A stretch of 64,000 nt of DNA from Podarcis vaucheri (lineage: Eukaryota). The DNA lies in NCBI GenBank assembly GCA_965113315.1, contig OZ220364.1; one strand, given 5' to 3'. This document shows positions 1 to 10,690 of this stretch, piece by piece (position 1 is the first letter of the stretch; every line of letters begins with the position of its first letter). The position numbers were made by a program, and so were the translations under genes. The notes under the pieces were generated by a model. The model had not been told where the DNA came from and ran no database searches. It saw only the letters and a program-made list of their open reading frames with translations.

Positions 1-227
1 GAAGAAAGCATTTTGGGGGCAATGCATAGTCATGCCCACCCTGGCAGGAAAGGTTAAGGATAAATTCAGAAGTTATTGGTTCTTCGGACCAACTAATATG
101 GGTAAGGTGAAATGCAATCAGAGAGAGTTGCAGCCCCTTCTTATATGAACAAGACAGGCAGGCAACCAAAAATCTCTTTTCACAAAAGGAGACACTACAA
201 TCTTTTGTGACATGGTTCACACACTTT

Positions 228-306
228 TTTTATTTGTCCAGTAGCACCTTATAGACCAACTAAGTTTGTTCTGGTATAAGCTTCCGTGTGCAGGCACACT
301 TCTTCA
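228..306. mobile_element. Penelope-like element terminal fragment
   Basis: ttgtccagtagcaccttatagaccaactaagtttgttctgg recurs at 35442-35483. Family assignment from recall of squamate PLE ends. Confidence 0.5.
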
Positions 307-1532
307 TATATTTTTATTCATTAGCTTGCTCTATCTAGTAGGATGGTGAAGGAAACTGCTCATTTCCCCCCATGAAACATTCATAAAGATAAGATGTGTT
401 CTCATCCTTATTCATCACAGAAACATGAAATTGAGCACTATCTACATATATAAACCATATCAATCCACAGCTTGCCTTGCAATGTTATTCTAGTCTAGGG
501 ATTCACTATGTAGTCTAGGCAGAAAGAAGAACCACCATTAAGTTGACCAATAAGGTTGTTTACTACAGTAAGTGTTCTAAAGAGGCTACTCAAGAACGAG
601 ACATTTCTAGCACTTATAAATTTTATGTTCTCCATTGCAAATTAATATTCACAGTTGGCAGTGACTAAAACTCAAAGTACTTTAACCTCTTCAGTTTTCT
701 GATATATTAATGAAGTATAGTCATATTTCCTTCTCCAGTATCTTTTGGAATCTACTTAAATCGTTCATTCACACAATCATTACAGCTACTTAACCAATCA
801 ATGTTTACTTATCCCTGTTAGAAATACCTTTCCATTTTTTTGCAGATGAATCAAACAAATGGCTGACTGCCATCTTACGATCAACAAAAAATCCAATACA
901 TTCTCATTTCTTATTTGCGGCTAATGGGTCCTTAGCAAACAGTATTTCTTCTTATAATGCTTGATTCATTTTTTAATTCAATTCTATTTTTGTTATGCTA
1001 ATCATTGGGATATCCAGTCAATTCTGCATAATGTTCTCACTTTTTAGTATGTATTAACAAAAATCCCAGCATGATATCATTATGGTTCCAAATCCTACTA
1101 TTACAACCCATAAATTATAGTATGTGTGGGTAAACATATTGTTAAAAAATTGCTTACAGGAAAAAAGGCAAAAGTTAGTTACATTTGGGTTGTCACTAAT
1201 GATTAAGTATTTCAAAACACTGAGATTTACTGAAACATTACCCAAGGAACAGCTGTTGTACCTTTAGTTGCGTTGGCAATTTACTGTTACCAGTTTATGA
1301 GTCTTTACATTTTAACACAAAATCCTTCAGAAAAACTATTCTCTCATCTGGAAACAGAGTGAATGGGGAGTTTTTAGAAAATGTCTGCCATCAAAAGAAT
1401 CAACAACTTGGGGAAGCAGGGATGCATATACTTAAACGCAAGTAGCCAGAGGATACTGTGTCTATCAATTTAAACATGAAGTGGATCTGATAAGTGAGTG
1501 ATGTGAGACAATAATATACCAAAGGTACTGAC

Positions 1533-1544
1533 CTGGAAGTCAAG
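1533..1544 (-). CDS. ERC2: 12-nt microexon of ERC2, phase 2-2, giving ...IAELE-SLTS-R...
   Basis: cccctgcttcaaccag|CTTGACTTCCAG|gtcagt. Joined to the AG ending exon 8073 it reads AGC TTG ACT TCC AGx = SLTSR, matching the optional SLT(S/L)R insert recalled from ERC1/ERC2 proteins. About 125 nt AG-free pyrimidine tract, ACTAAT at 1630-1635. Confidence 0.9.
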
Positions 1545-1635
1545 CTGGTTGAAGCAGGGGTGAAAGCAGCAGTTTGGAGAGTAAACACAAAAAGGAAGGA
1601 AATAGCAAGAGAATAAACGAAGGAAAAACATTAGT
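1545..1635 (-). promoter_or_regulatory. Microexon 3' splice-site region: branch-like ACTAAT, extended polypyrimidine tract, three UGC motifs (1554-1556, 1566-1568, 1569-1571)
   Basis: Motifs read directly from the sequence. UGC near the acceptor plus a long AG-exclusion zone is the established signature of SRRM3/SRRM4-dependent neural microexons. Confidence 0.7.
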
Positions 1636-2895
1636 TTTTCAACATAAAAGTGAGCAGATGTTATATCAGCAATCTCTTGTCAAAAACAGAAATCAACAAA
1701 TAAACGTTAGTGTACAGTGTTTCTAAGATGGGTGATGACCAAAGCAACAGCTTAGGAGGAAGTAAACATGTTGCTTATGTATGATGGAAAAGCTACCTTA
1801 GAATATGTATACATTCTCATGTGTATACACATACAAGTGAAACACTATAAAGCTGATGGCAGTTGCTAAGGCATATGTTTGACAGGAGGCATTCATGCTT
1901 GGGGAAAATAATGTTGCTTGGACCAACAAGGATTTGAGGATGACTCATATACAGCAAGTCATCTTCACCCATGAAAAATAAAGGAAGCTCAATGGCTTGG
2001 CTAGATGTTCAAAGAATTTTGTCAGAGATTCTCAAGTACTGATCACTTACACTGATCAAAGACACCACTTTTTCCCATGGAAACATAGACCTTTCTAAAG
2101 CTGAGAGCAATCTTTTTCAGTCCCAAGAATAAGACCAATACTTCATCACTGAGAATAACCAGATGCATGATAAATATTTTTTTTTACAAAAATATTTAAC
2201 ATGTCCTTTCAATTAGCCAAAACACACATACAAACCCTTATCTAATGCCAAACCAAAAAGAGTCCCCCAGAGCCATCACAGGTGCACATTCCTGCATCAT
2301 TTTGCAAAAGGTGATTTATTTATTTTTTAAACATCAGAAATAGCTGCATAGTGATTTGGTATGCTGGTTTTTTTATTTCAGCGGGTTTTTTTCTCTTGAA
2401 TTTTCTGCGTCCCTCCCACTACCATACTATTGCATTGTTGTTTCAGTATGGTGATATAAAGGAACTGTAAGCTTAAGTATTTTGTCAAAATATGACAGAA
2501 CATTCATCAGGCATTCGCCTTCACAGAGGCACAAGCCTCTCTTAAGTTGGAACAGCCTTACTCAAGGCAACTTGTGAAACATGAACTACAGCACTTGTTT
2601 TTCATTTCCTGTTGGTTGGTTGGTTGATTATTTATTTGGGGCTCTCAGTTTGATGTTATTTAGCACATGTCCAAGTGAAGGTTTACTGTGGAATTTCCCT
2701 GCCTTTGTATACTTTAAGAGAAGAAATTAACTAAAAAGCAGTAAAAGATGGCAGTATCATATGAGAGACTAAGGTTGAACGGATTCATGTCTGTGTTCAG
2801 TACATGTCTACAAAAGTAGACTATAAAGTCTATTCCATCAACTGCCCATCCAGATTTTTAAAAGAAAAAATATTTTAAAACCTGCTTGCTTTTAG

Positions 2896-2897
<2 letters not shown>

Positions 2898-2938
<41 letters not shown>
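2898..2938. repeat. (GA)n microsatellite
   Basis: Direct dinucleotide run. Confidence 0.95.
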
Positions 2939-2941
<3 letters not shown>

Positions 2942-5262
2942 ATGTATTTAAGAGAACTTAAGAAATGATCATTCTTCCTTAAAAAAACAAAACTCCTATT
3001 TCTAGCTTCCCCAAGCAGCTGAAATATGCAGCACTTGTTGTGCTCACTGGACATTGTGACCAAAAACCTGCTGGAAGCAGCAGTATACTGAGATCTTCAT
3101 AGGTAACTCTACAAATAGAAAAGTGGTTCTTCCCCCCCCCCATCCCCAACAACCCATTTAGCAGGGATATTGTATGGGGGAAAATATGGCTCCCCTAAAA
3201 AAAGATTAATTGGAGCAGCCATCTTGTTCTTGATATAGCTATCCAGGGTTTTTCTGGGGCATTGTGGGAAATTTGAAATGAAGGACAGTTCACAGCAGCC
3301 TGTTGCATATCACAGCATTACTGCTGCTTTCCTTCCCTGCTGCTGCTAAGCCTCCTAATGCTGGGCTACAGTAAATTTTAATGAAAGATAATGGCAGAAA
3401 CCAAACATAGGGTACACACAGAGGCAGAGAGAGGCTTAATTCCATTCTTTAATCAAGTAGCTTTCATGGGCCCCACGCCCTTTCAGAATAGTTCCGCAAG
3501 ATGAGGAAGGTGGTGAACTGAGTTTCACAGGGCCCCTCTTCTGAGGTGGATTTAGGGCAGTGACAGAGATGTGGGGGCACTGGCACATAGCTGAGGCAGG
3601 CACCTTCTCAAAGCCCGGTAAGCACCTGCCCAGCTTCAGGAAAGAGGCATGAGGACTCTGACAGGGTCCTAGAGTCCTATTGCCTCCTTCCCCCAGGTTT
3701 TGGGAAGGAGAAGAGGGCTCTAGGACCCCAACAGAGCCCTGTGGCTCCTTCCCAAAGCCCAGCACTTTGTTTACCCTAAGCCTGCACTGGAAGGTGTCAA
3801 ATGTTAGCCTCCCACAGGACAGCATATCCTCAAAGTTTGCCCCTGCCCTGTCTATCTTTCCTTCCCACCATTAGCAAATGAGGTACAGCTAATTGCATCT
3901 ATAAGCTGCAGTTCAACTTCGGCACCAACCTTTACTGGGGTCAGTAATAAGCTGCACCTTCCTTCTACAACTAAAGGAAAATTCAGTCATAGATCTTACA
4001 AGGATTTGCAGCTGTACGTAAAAGAACAGAGGTCATTCACAGTGATTAGCAATTGTGCCCTTATTTCAAATGCTCTAGTTGAGGCATTAAAGAGAAACTG
4101 ATGTTTTCAAAGAAACAAAACAAAAAAAACCCTGGTCCACTCATGGTGTTTTTTTCACCTTTTTCATGTTAAGGCAGAACCAATATGCTATTCATCTCCA
4201 AACTTATGTGTGTAGGCTTTCTGTCTTCATTACATTTTAAGGCCAATAGTAATTCCATCCATCAGTAACTCAAAAACTCAAACCTCTTAGCTGTTTTAAG
4301 TCTGTATGATTGTTGTGGAGTGCTTCAGCTTGGTTTTCAAAGACTTCCATGCATCCCGGATTTAAAGTTAAAAACTATTAAGCATGCCACCATTTTAAAA
4401 CGAAACACATTCATGTATGTGTGAAGAGAATCACATGGGACAATAGGGACCCACAAGCCCTGAACTGAATTGCCCAAGGATAGCTCTCTCATCTTGCTCA
4501 AAAGAATTCATGAAGAAACAGCTTTAGAAAGAGTCTAAAGCAATGTTCGGTTGCCAGGAGCCCAGAGATTAAAATAACTGAAGAAAACACTGAAATGGGT
4601 GGCTAGAGGAGTGGGGAAGAACCATCTCTTGTACATTGCCTGGTCTAAAGGCAGATTGGATGGGGGGAGGAAATTCAACCTGGCAAAGGTTGGGGTGCCT
4701 CAGCTGAGGACGTTTGCATTTTGGCTATCCACTAATTGGTACAAAAGCCAGTATCCAGGCAACTATGCCAAATGAGCCAAGTTGCCTCATCACATAATTT
4801 GCTACAAATGGGGAAAGAGCTTGTATTGAGTCCCTATCCACTCCACTGGAAATATTTTCACATCATTCAGCATGCAAGGCTCCCAGTTCCTGGGTGACAG
4901 TAAAAGCAGCTGAAGGAATGTAGTCCTGTTGAAATTGTTTGAGAAATTGAAGTTAATACGTATCCTCCACAGTGCAGGGAACTGCGTAGCCAGATATCAG
5001 CGCAGAGTCTGGACTGAGCATTGTAACCATTTACTGTCATTGACCAGACATATAAAGTCACTCAGAGATACACCTCATATTGGAAATATGCCACCCATTT
5101 TTATCCTGCTCTGCATACATCTGAGACTCATTCCTCTGAATGAAACTAAAGCACAAGCATGTAAAATATCCACCCATTAGAATTCCTGCCTTTGCTCTCC
5201 AGTCTGTGACAGTAATTTTAAAATGGCTCTGTATTCTAAATGGTTCAAAAAGTTCACATAAA

Positions 5263-5293
<31 letters not shown>
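5263..5293. repeat. (CA)n microsatellite
   Basis: Direct dinucleotide run. Confidence 0.95.
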
Positions 5294-5301
<8 letters not shown>

Positions 5302-6204
5302 TTAGTTCAGGAAATCACATTCCTATGCATGAAGAAAAGCATAAGGTCTTTTCATATATTGTGTCTGTCTGCAATTGATTATATTTTGCAAGTGAATTGC
5401 TTTAAAAGCTAGATGTTCTATTTTGCTAAAAATTCTCCCAGGCTAGAGGATACGAAAAGAAAAACCTGTGCCTTCTTCCACAAAGTGTTGAGTATTTGCC
5501 ACACACACTGATTTAATTAAGAACTATTCCACTAGGTTAATGAAAGGATGTTACAAAATAGCATTTCAGCTACACAAAACAGAAGGCAAGAAAAGTCACC
5601 TTGCGTATTGGAGAGAGATGGGAGTCATGCTATGGCTCCTTTATCCTATTAGCAGCATTTCCACTTTCTAGCAACAATTTTCTAGATATTTCTAGCAGGA
5701 GTCACACAGTAGAAGGATGTGGTTTGCAAATACTTGTTATTTTAAAAAATCCTGCTACAGGACATAACTTTGTGTTCACGAGGAGCTAGAAGTCCTCAAA
5801 GGTGCCCAGGCACAAGATTAACAGGTATCATATTGCTTTGCAGATATCATATTGTAAAGTTGTAGGTTGGAGTCCTAAAACCGTGGAACATATTCTGCTA
5901 GTCAGCACTGCTGAAGGAATGCAAAACAGGAATTTCATAACCTATGATTGACAGGTGGTTATCTCTACACACCAGCTAGGTGAAGTCACATATTGTAACC
6001 TAGAGAATCAGGTTCATAAGACTATAGGTGCACCTGCAGTCTCATAACTCATCCCTCTGACCCTTATGGGAGGGTCTTTAGGACCTTGGGCATGTGACTC
6101 ATGTAGGCAGACAGCAGATGGAACAGAGGAATGAAGCAGACTGTGAAGGGTTTTATTCTAGTTGTGCTTAAGTGCTCAGTTTAAGTGCCTTGTTTAGTCT
6201 AAGT

Positions 6205-6540
6205 CAGTGGTTCCAAAAGTGGGTGGTACCGCCTCCTGGGGGCAGAGGGATTGCCCAGGGGGGGGGCACTGAGAAGCAAGTAAGTGGCAGGGAGGCACTG
6301 AAGGTGTAAATGATTATCAGATTTTGAAAAGCTGGTCTCAATGGATCATCAGTTTTGTTGAATTAATTAAACTAAACAATTTTAACTGGATGTTGAATAA
6401 ATGTGCAATTAATTGTTACTGTTTTGACGTTTATTGTGTTATCTTCTTATTTAGTGGGTTGTGCAAACCACTATTCAGGCATGGGGGGTGAATTTATGGA
6501 ACCAAGGAGGCAGTGGCCCCAAAGAGATTGCGAACCGCTA
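6205..6540. mobile_element. Old non-autonomous hAT DNA transposon
   Basis: Ends CAGTGGTTC.../...GAACCGCTA (degenerate TIR). 8-bp TSD gtctaagt (6197-6204) / gtccaagt (6541-6548). Confidence 0.65.
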
Positions 6541-7566
6541 GTCCAAGTAGGTTCTGTGTACGTTTGTTGCTGCATTTTATGTCTAATATTTGCTGTACAA
6601 GTAATAAAACTTGAAATCTTCACCCACAAGTGTGCTTATTGCCACTTATCTCCTTTTCTTGTGTGCCCACCCCAAATCTACTCCAGAGGGCTGGCAGGAA
6701 ACCCAGTACAGATTTTTTGGGGGGTGCATGGTAGGAGTAGAGGGAGGGGACGTTCTGTTGCTCAAGTGGAAGTCCTTGCATTAATGGGACAACTTGGCTG
6801 GATACAACCCCAGGACTATTAATTATGTACACTATTTAGACAATTTGAAGAATTTTGTTTGTTTCTTTGTAGTACTGCTACCGGGCATGTCATTTGGAGG
6901 GATGCCAAGAGCCCCCCCCAAAAAAAAATCAAGGAGGGGATTGGGCCCCCTCAAAATCCCCCAGTGGCTGTGCACACATGTTGTGGGGCATGCTTGTGTC
7001 ATGTGCACAAGCCACGGGGTGTGACCGTGACATGTCAGCACGCCCCGTGGTGTGCATGTACAGTGTGAGAACGCCACAGCGTGTGCTGATGCCGCATGGC
7101 CCTGGAGCCCTCAATAGCGGAGACAAGGCAGCAGGCTTGACTGCTGCACTGGCCAACTCAGAGATTCAGAAGAGGGTGGTCTATAACATCTAAATAATCA
7201 ATAATGCCGAGTTGCCTTCATCATCATACATGACTGAATCTTTTCCAGTTTTTCCAAATCAGTCTTCATTTGTAGAGTCTCATACCCAAAGTAGACATGC
7301 TGATTTTGTCTTGTTTCATCAAGACTTGAATGCAAGCTTTAAAAAACAAACAAAAAATAGCCCAGAAATAGCATAGCTCACAGATAGCATCATATTGTTG
7401 TCTCACTTGTAACTAAATCTCTTTCAATGAAGCATCATATTGGCGCCTCATTTGTATCTAAATCTCTTCAGCAAAGCACAAATTATTCAGTTAGCCAGTC
7501 TGTTACTTGCTCATTTTGTTCTCTGTGCAAAACTTTACATTTTTGTTAAAAATATTCCTAAAAATG

Positions 7567-7708
7567 CAGTGCTTTTTTTCTAAAAAAATGTTTAGGGGTA
7601 CTCTCATTTTCCTACTCACTGAAATACTGCCCCTCAATGAGGCGAAACTTAGATTCACAAAATGTTTAGGGGTATGCATACCCCTGCATACCCCACCCAA
7701 AAGCACAG
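7567..7708. mobile_element. hAT MITE (CAGTGCTTTT-TIR family), copy 1
   Basis: Near-identical to 20107-20257. 8-bp TSD taaaaatg/tataaatg. Confidence 0.8.
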
Positions 7709-8072
7709 TATAAATGTATTAAGGATCAATTTCTATTTTACTTCCAATATTCTATCACCTAAGTACCAATTTCCACTTCACCCGGTGTATTTTTTGTGTG
7801 TGCAGAGTACTTCATACTATGTATTGTGCAACATTCTTCCTTTCCCTTCCTCCACAACATAGGAGTCCCTTCCCTTTCTTTTAAAGAAATATTGTCTTTC
7901 CAGAAGACACCATGGGCTGCTCCTGACCTTGAAAAATATCAGAACAAAGAATCCATTCACTGTTTGATTGCTTTTTTGTTATTCTTCTGTTAGAAAAATG
8001 TTGCCATTGTTTCTCATCAAAGGTGAGTGTAAAAGGCATTTGTTGAGAAAACACAAATGATGAGGAATTTAC

Positions 8073-8266
8073 CTTTCTAATTCAGCAATTTTCTTATCTT
8101 TGTCATTTTTTTCATTTTCTACTTCCTTGAGGATTTCTAGAAGTCTGTCAACCTCAGCTTGAGCTTTGCCACATTCGTCTCTATAGTAGGCTGCCTCTTT
8201 GTCAAGCTGTTTCATCCTGTCAGCAAATTCAGGGTTCATTCGTGCCTCCTCCTCTGCTTCATGAGC
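8073..8266 (-). CDS. ERC2: ERC2 coding exon, 194 nt, phase 0-2: AHEAEEEARMNPEFADRMKQLDKEAAYYRDECGKAQAEVDRLLEILKEVENEKNDKDKKIAELE(S/R)
   Basis: aatttaacag|GCTCATGAA...TTAGAAAG|gtaaat. 64 codons plus 2 nt. RMNPEFAD...QLDKEA.YYRDECG is the ERC2-type rather than ERC1-type segment as recalled. Confidence 0.96.
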
Positions 8267-9500
8267 CTGTTAAATTTACCAAGAAAACAGAAAGAAATCA
8301 CTACCATTTCAGGTAGCTTCACTTTATTCTGAAGTCCCAGACTTCATACGACGAAAGGATTTATGGGTATCCTGTTAGTTGGCAATGTTTTCTCAATGAT
8401 TCCCATAACAAGGACATGTTTTTGGAGGAAATTCATAGCACCCTGGCTTAGGAAATAAAATGCTAACTTAAGAGAGAGAGAAACACTGCTAGGTTCTGAC
8501 TCTTGTTTCAAAAAACTGTCCTGAACAACTTAATATAAACTAACATATAATATGGTTTAATTTAATAACTGCATTAAACAGTTTATGAACGATTTAATGC
8601 ATACTGTTTTAGGTAAGATGAGAATGCATTTAACAGACAGTTTTACCCAAAATCCTTTCCCCTCTTTTTTTCATTTCATACTGCCAATATTTAACCTGAA
8701 ACATAAGAAGAAACAAGCCCCTTGGTGGAACAGCACAAATAAATATACCTGGCAAACACATGCATGAGTGGGTGGTCAGTTCACAAACAAGAAGGAATGC
8801 AATGAACACAACAGAAAACAAGAGTGCAAAGCCCACTCCTGCTCCCATTAAAGCTAATGGCAAAACCCAATTAACGTCAGTGAGAGCATGAATGGGCCAA
8901 AGTGTTTAAAACATTAGACTGAAATAATCACACACAGATGTAAACAAGAATGCACTGCAATGCTTAGCCTACCCCTTGTTTCCCATTATTCCTAATTGGC
9001 ATCTTCAAAGAGCAGGCAGGGAGAAAACAAGTAGTTTAACCGCAGTGCACATTAAACACACATAATTCAGAGAACACTTTTTAAATGCACACACATACAT
9101 TTTAAAGGATTAAGGACATTTAGAACTGCACGTCCTTCCGCTATCTAACAATATATAACAGATGCTGGGTTTGGGTTCAATCCACACTTAGTCATGCCTA
9201 AAGCAGACTCAATGAAATCAATAGTTAGCACTTAAATCCTGTTGGTTTCAATAGGTCTCTTCTAAGCATGACTAAGGCTGCAATCCTAATCCCACTTACC
9301 TGGGGCTGGGAGTAAGCCCCATTGAATTCAACAGAGCTCACGTCTAAATAGACATGGCCAGGATTGTGCTGTTAGTCTGGAGCCCAAGCCTTCATTTTAA
9401 TTTCCATATTTATATTTACTTCAGGGAATAGATAAGCAAGCAATGAAACAAGTGTTGGTTAAAAGGCAGCATGCAAGTTTAGATAGAAGGTAATACTAAC

Positions 9501-9524
9501 ATAAACTCCTCGAAGTTTGACATC
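9501..9524 (-). CDS. ERC2: Candidate 24-nt microexon of ERC2, phase 0-0: DVKLRGVY
   Basis: atcatTGCaaag|GATGTCAAACTTCGAGGAGTTTAT|gttagt. In frame, no stop, TGCATG 26-31 nt downstream (9470-9475). Splice sites are weak (AAG acceptor, GTTAGT donor, upstream AGs at about -20). Confidence 0.42.
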
Positions 9525-10568
9525 CTTTGCAATGATTTAATCCTCTTTGGTTTTCAACACGTTTAAGTAAAACATTTTTATTATGAAGAAATGTGCAAAA
9601 AAATAGGCTACTGAAGAACTAACGGCTGTTCCCCACCCCCCTGCATGTAACATATCATTTAAGCATGAGGATAATCAAGAAAATAGTTTCGTTTCAGTGG
9701 ATTTCTTATTCTCAAAGAGATGTCTGAGGCCACTTCAAATGTGATGAATTTTCTACATAGACATAATGCATGCAAATCAAGTGTGTTTTAGTTATCCACA
9801 GCAAAAATAAAAAAATAAAAACAAAATCAGTGTGTGATTTCTCATGTCTGATAATGTGCAAGTGGTTTGCAGACTGCCTTTTCTACACAGAAATGTTAAT
9901 AATGTAGGAAAGTCACCATGTTTGAAGCAGCCCTGGGTTTAAACATATGAGGGGAGCATTTTCTACATAAGTAATACATACATTATGCACAAAGGGTACA
10001 GTCTACACATAGCCTCCACTCATTTCAGTGGGAGCTTGAACAAGGTTCCATTTGGTACCTAGAGAATTATGTCCATAATGTTTGATTCAGCTCCCTTTGA
10101 AATAAACAGGAGCTGTTGTACTTTGCAATGTATGTGAATAGACCCGTTAATCTTTACAAGGCTGGGCTCTATATGGAATTCCAAGCACTTCTGAGTGTTC
10201 ATCACAGTCTGCCTGATTTGTCACTCCAAAGAGTAATCCACCATTAAGACGTGGCTTCAAGGGGCATGAGGACAATGATGTGAAAAGGGTCTTGGAACTC
10301 CCAATGGGTTGCAATTCTGTGCACACCCCTTGAATCTGGTACAGAGTCTTGTGTATGCATGAAGGCTTTTGCTATTGGTTATGAGATAAAAAGAGACTTT
10401 CCACCTTTCCCATAGCCAATAGGAGAAATGTCTCACAACAGAAGATTAATAGACCAGCTATGCCAGTTCACAACCAAAACAGAATATATCTACACCACAA
10501 ACTTAAAGCACCAACATAATAATATAACCATCATTGGGCGACTCCTCCATAGGTCTACTCAATAGATT

Positions 10569-10690
10569 CAGGGTGGCCAATGTTGTGCCCTCCAGGTGTT
10601 GTTGGATTACAACTCTCTTCATCCTTGACCATTGGTCATGCAGGCCAGGGCCAAAGAGAATTGTAATCGAACATCTGAAAGTTGCCATCT
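10569..10690. mobile_element. Degenerate copy of the palindromic ~136-bp hAT MITE
   Basis: gccctccaggtgttgttggattacaactc...catccttgaccattgg aligns by eye with copies at 30972, 34008 and 42119. Ends approximate. Confidence 0.55.
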
